Below the pieces are notes generated by a model. The model saw only the letters and a list, made by a program, of their open reading frames with translations, ran no database searches and was not told the origin of the DNA. 64,000 nucleotides of DNA from Deltaproteobacteria bacterium. Lineage in GTDB: Bacteria; Myxococcota_A; UBA9042; PHBI01. The first letter of the stretch is position 1, and every line of letters begins with the position of its first letter. Below are positions 35,740-46,448 of the stretch, one piece after another. The stretch is taken from positions 28,880-92,879 of the forward strand of contig JAEUKJ010000340.1 of the NCBI GenBank assembly GCA_016792665.1, given 5' to 3'. Made by a program: the position numbers and the translations under genes.

Positions 35740-37233
35740 GTGTCGCCCGGCCACCTCTATCGAGGCATCCGAGCCGGCCTGGAAGCGTTGGTCGCGACCT
35801 GGGGCGAGGCCAAGGTGTTCTGCGGCGACCCGCGCCTGCAGGTCGGCCCTGACACCCTCATGATGAACGGCCTGTCGGCCATCACCGATCTCGCGTCGGC
35901 CCAGCGCGCGCTCGACACCATCGTCACCCAGGGCGAAGGCGCCGCCGACCATGACGACCGCTCGCACTATGGGCGCTATGTCGCGCTCCGCGACGAGCTC
36001 TCCCGGCTGCTCGCCATCAACCCCGCGTTCGCTCCGGCACACGCGGCCGCGAGGAACCCGGTCATGCGCCGACCGATCGACACCGAGGATCGGGTGTGGA
36101 TTCAGCGCGAGCCGGCGGCCACGCTCCTCGATGCGGGCAACGCCATCTACGCGCTCATGCTGCGCGCCCTCGGCGGCCTCTTCGGTCATGCCATCACCGA
36201 CGTCACGACGCGCGCCGCGCTGGTCGACGGCGCCATCGACGCCATGCACGCGCTCGCGTCGGTCGCGACCTATCTGCCGCGCCTTCCCGCGACGGACGAC
36301 GACGACGGCCCGCGCGCCGGCTTGACCTTCACGATGTCGCGCATGCCGGAGACCTTCCCGGACGCGCCGCGAGGCCTCCGCATGCTGGCCGAGTCGGCGC
36401 GCGCCATCGCTGCAACGCTCACGCGCGTCGCCATTCCGTTGGATGCGCGCTTCGAGCGCGCGCGAGACCTCGTCGCGACCATGGGCGCGCGCTTCGACGA
36501 GCAAGCCGCGAGAGAGGCGAAGTCAGCCCCGGGCGTGGCCGCGCCGCCCCCTGCCACCGCCGTCGCGACGACGCCCCCGACGGAGGTCGTGGACGGCGTC
36601 GAGATCGTCCAGGGCGAGCGCCTCGAGATCCGCTTCGAGGCGGCGCGCTGTATCCACTCGCGCCACTGTGTGCTCGAGACTCCCGAGGTGTTCCTGGCCA
36701 ACGTCGTCGGTCCGTGGATCCACCCGGATAACGCACCCATCGATCGCCTCGTGCACGTCGCGCGCACCTGTCCGTCGGGGGCCATCACCTACACGCGCAA
36801 GGACGGAGGGGCCGACGAGGACGTGCCGCCGGTCAACCTGATCCGCGTGCGCGAGCGCGGTCCGCTCGCGTTCTCCGCGGACTTGCAGATCGCGGGCGAG
36901 GCGCCGCGTCTGCGTGCGACGCTGTGCCGCTGCGGCGCCTCCAAGCGCAAGCCGTTCTGTGATGGCTCGCACAACCTGATCGGCTTCGACGCGAGCGGTG
37001 AGCCGCCCACCACGCCGACCGAGCCGCTGGCGGTGCGCGGCGGTCCGCTCGTGGTCGAGCCGCTCCAAGACGGCCCGCTGCGCGTACGCGGCCCGATGGA
37101 GGTCGTGTCCGGGACCGGGCGGACGATCAATCGCCTGAACCAGGCCAAGCTGTGTCGCTGCGGTGGCTCGTCGAACAAGCCGTTCTGCGATGGCACTCAT
37201 GCCAGGAACGGCTTCAAGGCCGACGGCACCTGA
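35740..37233 (+). CDS. ferritin-like domain protein fused to an Fe-S Cys cluster and two CDGSH-type [2Fe-2S] zinc-finger domains
   Basis: GTG start (the exact start is uncertain). The N-terminal ~260 aa are helical and ferritin-like. CIHSRHCV...CPSGAI. Two CDGSH motifs, CRCGASKRKPFCDGSH and CRCGGSSNKPFCDGTH. Confidence 0.7.
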   Translation: MSPGHLYRGIRAGLEALVATWGEAKVFCGDPRLQVGPDTLMMNGLSAITDLASAQRALDTIVTQGEGAADHDDRSHYGRYVALRDELSRLLAINPAFAPAHAAARNPVMRRPIDTEDRVWIQREPAATLLDAGNAIYALMLRALGGLFGHAITDVTTRAALVDGAIDAMHALASVATYLPRLPATDDDDGPRAGLTFTMSRMPETFPDAPRGLRMLAESARAIAATLTRVAIPLDARFERARDLVATMGARFDEQAAREAKSAPGVAAPPPATAVATTPPTEVVDGVEIVQGERLEIRFEAARCIHSRHCVLETPEVFLANVVGPWIHPDNAPIDRLVHVARTCPSGAITYTRKDGGADEDVPPVNLIRVRERGPLAFSADLQIAGEAPRLRATLCRCGASKRKPFCDGSHNLIGFDASGEPPTTPTEPLAVRGGPLVVEPLQDGPLRVRGPMEVVSGTGRTINRLNQAKLCRCGGSSNKPFCDGTHARNGFKADGT

Positions 37234-37306
37234 GCACCTGGCACGCGCCCGAGCCACTCGGTGACGATAGAGGCTGAGCGGCCCACACGCGTGCCGGATG
37301 CCTCGA

Positions 37307-37717
37307 CTATGCGACGAGCTCGACGCTCGACGTGATCGCCACCGAGCCGCGCAGCATGTGGGACACCGAGCAGTACTTCTCTTGCGAGAGTGCGACCGCG
37401 CGCTCGAGCTTCTGGAGCGGGAAGTCACCGCCGGCCCGATAGTGCAGGTGGATCTTCGTGAAGACGGCCGGGATGGCGTCGGCGCGCTCGCCGTCGACCG
37501 ACACGTCGAGGTGGGTCACCGTGTGGCGCCCCTTCTGCAGGATGTTGAGCACGTCGATGGCGCTGCACCCGGCGAGGCTCGCGAGCAGCGCCTGCATCGG
37601 CCGAAGCCCTTCCTCGGAGGCGCCGATATCGGGCGAGCCGGCGAGCATGATGGACGCGCCGTCCTCGTTCGTGCCCTTGAACTGGGCGCCGTAGAGTCGC
37701 TCGAGCTGGACCTTCAT
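37307..37717 (-). CDS. osmC: OsmC/Ohr-family peroxiredoxin
   Basis: 136 aa. Two conserved Cys in LAGCSAIDV and KYCSVSHML. ATGA overlap with the upstream cysK. Confidence 0.8.
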   Translation of the reverse strand: MKVQLERLYGAQFKGTNEDGASIMLAGSPDIGASEEGLRPMQALLASLAGCSAIDVLNILQKGRHTVTHLDVSVDGERADAIPAVFTKIHLHYRAGGDFPLQKLERAVALSQEKYCSVSHMLRGSVAITSSVELVA

Positions 37718-38625
37718 CGCGTAGCTCCTTCGAAGAGACCGGACGACAGGTAGCGGTCGCCGCGGTCACACAAGATGCAGACGACCACGCCCGAGTCCAG
37801 GCCACGCGCGACCTCGACGGCCGCCCAGGTGGCCCCGCCCGCGCTCATGCCGACCGAGATACCGAGCTCCTTGGCGAGGCGTCGCGTCATCTCGGTCGCA
37901 TCGTGCTGCGTGACATCGACGTAGCGATCCACCCGTGGGGCCTCGAAGATCTTCGGCAGGTAGGCCTCGGGCCAGCGGCGGATCCCGGGGATCTTCGCGT
38001 CCCCATCAGGTCGAACGCCGACGATCTCGACATGACTCGCCTGCGCCTTGAAGAAGCGCGAGCACCCCATGATGGTCCCGGTCGTGCCCATGCTCGAGAC
38101 GAAGTGCGTGACGGTCCCGTCGGTGTCGCGCCAGATCTCCGGGCCGGTCGTCGCCTCGTGGGCGCGCCAGTTGTCGGGGTTCGAGAACTGGTCGAGCATG
38201 AGGTACCCACCTGCCGCGACCTTCGCCCGCGCGTAGTCGATGCAGCCCTCCATGCTCTGCTTGGCGGGCGTGAGGATGACCTTGGCGCCGTAGGCCTCCA
38301 TCGAGAGCACGCGCTCGCGCGTCGCGTCCTCGGGCATGACCAGCTCGATCTCGTAGCCCTTCATCGCCGCGATCATCGCGAGCCCGATGCCGGTGTTGCC
38401 GCTGGTCGGCTCGATGAGGCGCACGCCGGGGCGCAGCTCACCGCGGGCCTCGGCCTGCTCGATCATCCACTTGGCCGGACGGTCCTTGACGCTGCCGCCA
38501 GGGTTGTTGCCCTCGCACTTGCCGAAGAGGCGCACGTCGGCCGAGCCACCCGCGGCGGTCACCAGCGGCGAGAGGTCGACGAGAGGCGTGTTGCCGATGA
38601 GATCGAGAGCGCTGAGAACCTTCAT
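37714..38625 (-). CDS. cysK: cysteine synthase (O-acetylserine sulfhydrylase), PLP-dependent
   Basis: PLP lysine in NPGGSVKDRPA. Glycine-rich loop SSMGTTGTIMG. The fold is that of a type II PLP enzyme. Confidence 0.9.
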   Translation of the reverse strand: MKVLSALDLIGNTPLVDLSPLVTAAGGSADVRLFGKCEGNNPGGSVKDRPAKWMIEQAEARGELRPGVRLIEPTSGNTGIGLAMIAAMKGYEIELVMPEDATRERVLSMEAYGAKVILTPAKQSMEGCIDYARAKVAAGGYLMLDQFSNPDNWRAHEATTGPEIWRDTDGTVTHFVSSMGTTGTIMGCSRFFKAQASHVEIVGVRPDGDAKIPGIRRWPEAYLPKIFEAPRVDRYVDVTQHDATEMTRRLAKELGISVGMSAGGATWAAVEVARGLDSGVVVCILCDRGDRYLSSGLFEGATR

Positions 38626-38809
38626 GGTCTCGCCACCCTGCCCCGCTCCCCGCCGAATCTCAAGCCCGTTCGGCGGCTCGTCGGGCGACTGTGACCGCGA
38701 ACACGCATGTCGGCTCCGCCGCTTGGCCGCGCTCTACTTGTAGTTGTAGGTCGGCGCCGGAATGTAGACCGACTGGGGAGCGACGACCCACTCGAGCGGC
38801 TTTGGAAGC

Positions 38810-39508
38810 TCAGGAGAACTGCTCGGGCAGCGACACATCCTTCGTGACGGCGCGCGCGAGCCGCGAGAGCAGCACCAGGAACGCGACCAGCGCCCAGATG
38901 ACCAGGCCGAGAGCAGTGAGCCCGAGGAGGAGCGCCATGACAGGGATCCTGCCCACGAGCAGCAACATCAAGAAGAGGATGACGGCCACGCCGATGAGCA
39001 GCATGACGGTCACGGCCTGCCTCGAGAGGTCCTGTCGGCCGATGTACTCGGCGGTCGCCTTGAGCGCGCCGAGCAGCGTGAAGATCTGGGCGAGCCCCAC
39101 GATGCGCGCGAGGATGTCCCAGAGGCCGTTCGAGCCGAGGTCGCGGACGCGGATGTCGCCCAGGAGCGGCACGAGCGTGATGATGCCGATGATGAGGCCG
39201 ATGACCGACAGGATGAGCGCGCCAGTCGCCGCCCCGCGCGCGCCGGAGTGGTCGGGGATGCGCGAGATCTTGTTGAGGCCGACGATGCCGAGGATGGAGA
39301 GGCCGATGCCGATCGCGGCGGCGACCCGCGTCAACGTGATGAGCGACTTCATCGCCTTGTAGCTGCCGCTGCTGGCGATGGCGTACGAGATGAGGGCGAC
39401 GATGAGCCCGAAGACCACGGTCATCAGGGCATACGAGAAGTAGATGCGGAGCCCCGAAGCGACCGTGCCCCAGCTCTCGTCCTGCGCCCAGTCATTGTCC
39501 TGCGCCAT
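38810..39508 (-). CDS. hypothetical integral membrane protein (~232 aa, 6 TM)
   Basis: ORF 38810..39667. ATG MAQDNDW at 39508. Gly/Ile/Leu-rich helices. Confidence 0.55.
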   Translation of the reverse strand: MAQDNDWAQDESWGTVASGLRIYFSYALMTVVFGLIVALISYAIASSGSYKAMKSLITLTRVAAAIGIGLSILGIVGLNKISRIPDHSGARGAATGALILSVIGLIIGIITLVPLLGDIRVRDLGSNGLWDILARIVGLAQIFTLLGALKATAEYIGRQDLSRQAVTVMLLIGVAVILFLMLLLVGRIPVMALLLGLTALGLVIWALVAFLVLLSRLARAVTKDVSLPEQFS

Positions 39509-39575
39509 GCCCACTCCTGCGATTGTGCTCCCTCGAAGGGTCGCCCACGGACGCAGCGTCGGCAAGAGCACCGGG

Positions 39576-40238
39576 CTATTTGCCGAGTGCACCCTCGACG
39601 GCGGACACGACCTCAGGGGCCAGCGGATCGACCGACGACGCGAAGCGCGCGACGACGAAGCCCTCACGATTCACGAGGAACTTCGTGAAGTTCCACTTCA
39701 CCTCGCCGGCCAGGTCGCCGGGCAGGTCCTCGGTCAGGGTCTTCCAGAGCGGCGACTTCGGACCCGGCCCGGACTTGGTGATGCGCTGCTTCTCGAAGAC
39801 CGGGAAGGTCACCTGGTAGGTCTTGGAGAGGTAGTCGCGGATGGTCTTCGCGTCGCCCGGCTCCTGCCCGCCGAAGTCGTTGCACGGGAAGGCGAGCACC
39901 TCGAGCCCGCGCTCGCGATAGCGCTCGTAGAGCGTCTGGAGCCCTTCGTACTGCGGCGTGTAGCCGCACTCGCTGGCCGTGTTCACGATGAGGAGGGCGT
40001 GCCCGCGCAGCTCGGAGAGCTTCATCGCCGAGCCATCGAGGAGCTTCACGTCGTGGTCGATCTTCGGGCCCAGGGTTCGCCCCGCGTCGCGCGGCGTCGG
40101 TCGAGGTCCGGGGGCCTTGTCTGCGGTCGGCTCGGGCGGGGCGGCGCGAGCATCATCGCCACCGGCCTTGCACCCTGCGCCGACAGCGAGGGTGAGGGTC
40201 AACACGGACACGAGCCTCGGCAGCGACCACGAACGCAT
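39576..40238 (-). CDS. glutathione peroxidase lipoprotein
   Basis: Lipobox VGAGC. GPx motifs NTASECGYTPQYEGLQ (Cys-type active site), FPCNDFGGQEPG and WNFTKFLV. Confidence 0.9.
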   Translation of the reverse strand: MRSWSLPRLVSVLTLTLAVGAGCKAGGDDARAAPPEPTADKAPGPRPTPRDAGRTLGPKIDHDVKLLDGSAMKLSELRGHALLIVNTASECGYTPQYEGLQTLYERYRERGLEVLAFPCNDFGGQEPGDAKTIRDYLSKTYQVTFPVFEKQRITKSGPGPKSPLWKTLTEDLPGDLAGEVKWNFTKFLVNREGFVVARFASSVDPLAPEVVSAVEGALGK

Positions 40239-40243
40239 CGCGA

Positions 40244-42316
40244 CTATCCCTTGCCGAGCGACTCCCAGACGAGCTCGGCCACGTCCTTGGCCTTCACGGC
40301 CACCTGCTTGGCCCCTATGCCGTCCTCCATCATGAGGTTACAGAAGGGGCAGGCGACCGCGATGGTATCGGCCTGGGTCTCCATCGCCTGCTCGACGCGG
40401 GTGTGGTTGATGCGCGCGCCGCGGTGCTCTTCCATCCACACGCGCGCCCCGCCGGCCCCGCAGCACATGCCGGTCGTGCGGTTGCGCGCCATCTCCTTCA
40501 GCTCGAGGCCGGGGATGGCCGTCAGCGCCGAGCGCGGCTGCTCGTACACCTCGTTGTAGCGGCCGATGTAGCAGCTGTCGTGATAGGTCACGCGCGTGAC
40601 CCCCTCGGGCTTGTTCTTCGGCTTGATGCGCCCGGTGCGGACGAGCTCCTCGATGAGGACCGAGTGGTGCACGATCTGGAACTGACCGCCGAACTGCGGG
40701 TACTCGTTCTTGATGGTGTTGAAGCAGTGCGGGCAGTGCGTGACGAGCTTCTTCTTCGCGAGGCCGGCGCCGTTCATCATCTCGACGTTGGCGGTCGCCT
40801 GCTGCTGGAAGAGGTACTCGTTGCCGGCGCGGCGCGCGGGGTCGCCCGTGCACCCTTCGTCGTTGCCGAGGATGGCGAAGCTCACGTTCGCCTCGCGCAA
40901 GAGGTTCACCAGTGCGCGCGAGACCTTCTTCTGGCGCTCGTCGTAGGCGCCGGCGCAGCCGACCCAGAAGACGTACTCGGCGTCGGGCTTGTCGGCGAGC
41001 AGCGGGATGTCGAGGCCGTCGGCCCACTTGGCGCGGTCCTTGGTCGGCAGTCCCCAGGGGTTGCCCTTGGACTCGAGGTTCTTGAAGGTCTGCTTGAGCT
41101 CCTTCGGGAAGCTCGCCTCCATGAGGACCAGGTGGCGGCGCAGGTCGATGATCTTGTCGACGTGCTCGATCATGACCGGGCACGCCTCGGAGCACGCGCG
41201 GCAGGTCGTGCAGTCCCAGATCGCCTCTTCCTTCACGTCCTCGATGAGCGACTTTTCGTGCTTCTCGACATCCCAGCCGGTCGCGTCCTTCTCGCCGACG
41301 ACGAGCTCTTTCTCGCGGGCGTAGAGGTGGTCGCGGATGTCGAGGATCAGGAACTTCGGGTTGAGCGCCTTGCCGGTGATGGTGGTCGGGCAGTTGACGC
41401 TGCAGCGGCCGCACTCGGTGCAGGTGTAGGTGTCGAGGACCTGCTTCCAGGTGAGGTCGCGGGCATCGCCGACGCCGAACTTCTCCTGCTTGTCGATGTC
41501 CTTGATCTGCTCGATGGCGCCGCGCGGCTTCAAGTCCGCGAACAGCACGTTGGGGATCGAGGTGATGACGTGGAAGTGCTTGGACCCGGGCAGCAGGTTC
41601 AGGAACACCAGCACGATGCCGATGTGGGTCCAGTAGGCCATTTCCTGGAGCGCCATGAGCGTGCCCGACGAGACCCCCGTGAAGAGGTGGGACAGCGTGC
41701 CGGCGATGGGGGCATAGGCGAGCTCGGACTGGATGGCGGCCGCGCGATCGGCGGCGACGTGGCCGATCTTGGCCCAGTCGAAGAACATCGCGCTCTCATA
41801 GCCGGCGTCCTTCTGGGCGAGCGCGTAGGCGAACACGTCGAGCAGGATGTCGGAGATCATCAAGCCGCCGATCATGCCGAGGATGACGAGGGCCTCGGCC
41901 GAGAACGAGAGGCGCTTGGGCTTGGTGACGACGCGGCGGTAGGCGGCCCAGCTCACCCCGAAGATGACGACCAGGGCGGTGATCTCTTTGATGAGGGTGT
42001 AGGGGTGGTGGATGAAGGGGATCTGCGCCCCGGGGATGAAGGCGCACACCATGAGGTAGAGGGTGCGGAGCTGGAGGACCAGGAAGCCCCAGAAGATGAA
42101 CGCGTGCATGAGGCCCGCGCCCTTCTCCTTGAACATCTTCTTCTGCCCGAAGGCGTAGGTCATCACGTTGGCAAAGCGCCGCGGGAGCTCGGTGAAGAAG
42201 CGGGCGCGGTGCTGGGTCGCCAGCAGCAGGCGGAACTTCGACTGCATCACGACGGCGAAGTAGCCGAACGCAGCGAGCAGGGCGAAGACGAGCGGGAGCC
42301 AGCGGATATCGTTCAT
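40244..42316 (-). CDS. membrane-anchored Fe-S oxidoreductase, HdrD/GlpC/EtfD-like (N-terminal TM domain, 2x 4Fe-4S ferredoxin motifs, 2x CCG domains)
   Basis: ORF 40244..42601. The ATG at 42316 (MNDIRWLPLVF) overlaps the trmB stop (ATGA). CTECGRCSVNCP and CTTCRACSEACP. CCG motifs VFWVGCAGAYDE and YHDSCYIGR...GMCCGAGG. Confidence 0.8.
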   Translation of the reverse strand: MNDIRWLPLVFALLAAFGYFAVVMQSKFRLLLATQHRARFFTELPRRFANVMTYAFGQKKMFKEKGAGLMHAFIFWGFLVLQLRTLYLMVCAFIPGAQIPFIHHPYTLIKEITALVVIFGVSWAAYRRVVTKPKRLSFSAEALVILGMIGGLMISDILLDVFAYALAQKDAGYESAMFFDWAKIGHVAADRAAAIQSELAYAPIAGTLSHLFTGVSSGTLMALQEMAYWTHIGIVLVFLNLLPGSKHFHVITSIPNVLFADLKPRGAIEQIKDIDKQEKFGVGDARDLTWKQVLDTYTCTECGRCSVNCPTTITGKALNPKFLILDIRDHLYAREKELVVGEKDATGWDVEKHEKSLIEDVKEEAIWDCTTCRACSEACPVMIEHVDKIIDLRRHLVLMEASFPKELKQTFKNLESKGNPWGLPTKDRAKWADGLDIPLLADKPDAEYVFWVGCAGAYDERQKKVSRALVNLLREANVSFAILGNDEGCTGDPARRAGNEYLFQQQATANVEMMNGAGLAKKKLVTHCPHCFNTIKNEYPQFGGQFQIVHHSVLIEELVRTGRIKPKNKPEGVTRVTYHDSCYIGRYNEVYEQPRSALTAIPGLELKEMARNRTTGMCCGAGGARVWMEEHRGARINHTRVEQAMETQADTIAVACPFCNLMMEDGIGAKQVAVKAKDVAELVWESLGKG

Positions 42317-43044
42317 GAGGGCATCATCCGGTGGAAGCGGAGCATGTGGAAGGGGACCCCGAGGTCGGCGCACTTCTTCTCGCGGTGCGAGCGTGGCAGC
42401 GACGCGAGGAGCTCGTCGACCGAGCCCTCGCCGCGCAGCTCGAGGCCAGCGGCGGTGGCCTCGTCGATGACCTGGTCGACGTAGGCCGGGACGTCGGTCT
42501 TGACGACCAACATGCCGGTCTCGGGGACCAGACGCGAGGCGATGAGCGCGGTGAAGTCCGAGGTGAAGACGCGGCGCTTGTGGTGCCGCTTCTTCCACCA
42601 CGGGTCGGGGAAGAGGACGTGGATGCCGTCGACCGAGCCCTCGGGGACGAGCCGCTCGAGGTGCGGGCGGGCGTCACCCTCGATGACGCGGACGTTGCCG
42701 AGCCCGTCGCGCTGGGCACGCTCGCTGGCGGCGCGGACCCACTCGCGCTTGATCTCGAAGCCGAGCACGTGGGCGTCAGGCAGATTGCGGGCGAGGTCAA
42801 GGAGGTAGTGCGGGCGGCCGAAGCCGATCTCGATGTGCAGCGGGTGATGCGCCACGAAGGCGCGCGTGACCGCGTCGTCGCCGTCCCGGCGATAGGGGGC
42901 GAGGACGTACGGATGGTCGACCGGCGGCACGCGCGAGTGCTGGGCGCGCACCTCGAGGTCGCCACCGATCAAGCTCGAACGCCTGACTTCGCCAGGCTGC
43001 TCAGAGTCGATCAAGCCATTCTGCGCGCTTGCGTCCTTGCCCAC
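42313..43044 (-). CDS. trmB: tRNA (guanine46-N7)-methyltransferase
   Basis: HIEIGFGRPHY (SAM binding), HVLFPDPWWKKRHHKRR and LVVKTD motifs. Confidence 0.85.
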   Translation of the reverse strand: MGKDASAQNGLIDSEQPGEVRRSSLIGGDLEVRAQHSRVPPVDHPYVLAPYRRDGDDAVTRAFVAHHPLHIEIGFGRPHYLLDLARNLPDAHVLGFEIKREWVRAASERAQRDGLGNVRVIEGDARPHLERLVPEGSVDGIHVLFPDPWWKKRHHKRRVFTSDFTALIASRLVPETGMLVVKTDVPAYVDQVIDEATAAGLELRGEGSVDELLASLPRSHREKKCADLGVPFHMLRFHRMMPS

Positions 43045-43228
43045 GCCCCGGGAATAGCCTCACCGGCTGCTCCACGCAAGCCGATAGTGCTCGCAGTGCG
43101 GCCTGGCTCGCGGGTCGCGGCGACGCGGTCGTCAGCCTTCACTCGCTCGCGTCTGCGATGGCGGGGCCTGCCTCACTCGCATGCGTCCACACCCCGCCAC
43201 CACATCACACCGACCGAGCGACGCCTGC

Positions 43229-44014
43229 TCAGGGCGCGGCTGGCGCGTCGCCCCCCGCGTCCCCGCCGCCGCCCGCGCTGGGGTCCTCGGCGTCCTCGGC
43301 CGGCGTCGCCGTGCCGGCCGCCGCGAGCAGCCTCCGCCAGTCGCCGACCAACGACTCGCGCGCCTGCCGGGTCGCCGGCGCGTCGCCCTTGTGCACCTTG
43401 TCGACGACACGCGCGAAGGTCGCCCAGGTCTCCAGCGCGTCCCGCCGCGCCGCGAACAGCTCGGGCGAGCTCGGGTTTCCGAGCTTGTCGAGGCGCGCCT
43501 GACGCACCTTCTGCAGGCTCGCGCGCAAGGCCGTCGCGGCGGCGGTGATCGCCGCGAGATCGCTCGCCAGCTCGGGCAGCGGTCCCGCCAGCGTGCGCAG
43601 CGCGGCCTCGACGTCGGGGCGGCGCAGACGCTCCTCGAACTTGGCGTGGTAGGCGACCTCGACCTCGAAGGGGCGGTTGATGAAGGCCAGGCCGTCGGCA
43701 TAGGCCAGGCGTAGGACCAGCGTGGCGGCCGCCGCGACCTCGGGCCGCTCGTCGTCGGCCAGCGCCGTCAGCAACCGATGGGTCTTGCGGTGGCGCCGGT
43801 CGTGCAACTTGTCGTTGTCGTTGGCCTCCTTCTGCGCGGCGGCCAGCGTGGCGTCGACCGTGCCGCCCCCCAGCTTCGTAAGGATGCGGTTGCGGGCATC
43901 CACGAGCTCGGAGACCCACGACGCGAGTCTTGGGTCCTTCAGGTGGTCGGTGAACCGGAGGGCGTTGTCGATCAAACTGGCGAGCATCTCGGCGGTGACG
44001 AGCTCGAAGGCCAT
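43229..44014 (-). CDS. hypothetical all-helical protein (261 aa)
   Basis: C-terminal part of ORF 43229..44560. The ATG MAFELVTAEML is preceded by an AAGGAG RBS. Ala/Leu/Arg-rich with a Gly/Asp-rich tail. Confidence 0.5.
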   Translation of the reverse strand: MAFELVTAEMLASLIDNALRFTDHLKDPRLASWVSELVDARNRILTKLGGGTVDATLAAAQKEANDNDKLHDRRHRKTHRLLTALADDERPEVAAAATLVLRLAYADGLAFINRPFEVEVAYHAKFEERLRRPDVEAALRTLAGPLPELASDLAAITAAATALRASLQKVRQARLDKLGNPSSPELFAARRDALETWATFARVVDKVHKGDAPATRQARESLVGDWRRLLAAAGTATPAEDAEDPSAGGGGDAGGDAPAAP

Positions 44015-44345
44015 GGGAAACTCCTTGGGTGGGGAACTACGATCGACTGTGACGAAGCTCCCACCGTCCGTCAAGAGACCCACCGAACACCGCCGAGCCC
44101 ATTGCGCCGGACGCTGCGCCTCCTCCACCCTCCCCTGGCCCCGCACCCACCCCGGGCAGGAGACACCGACCCTCGCGGAGGTCCCACTCCAACCCCAGGG
44201 ACCGCCGAGCGACCCTCCGAAGGGTCTCCGCCCCGACCCCGGGGATGGCCGACGACCCTCGGGAGCCCCGGGGGCCGTGCCGCTCGCCGGTCGCCAGCGC
44301 CACCCCGAGCGGCCAGGAGCCGGGACACGCCCCCCGACTTTTGCT

Positions 44346-46364
<2,019 letters not shown>

Positions 46365-46448
46365 CCCGAGCGAGCACGCCTCCCATCGCGCGCGCGCTTT
46401 GTGTACTCTGCCTGCGTCGCGGCGGCCGACCGCCGCGCAGGAGCCCCG

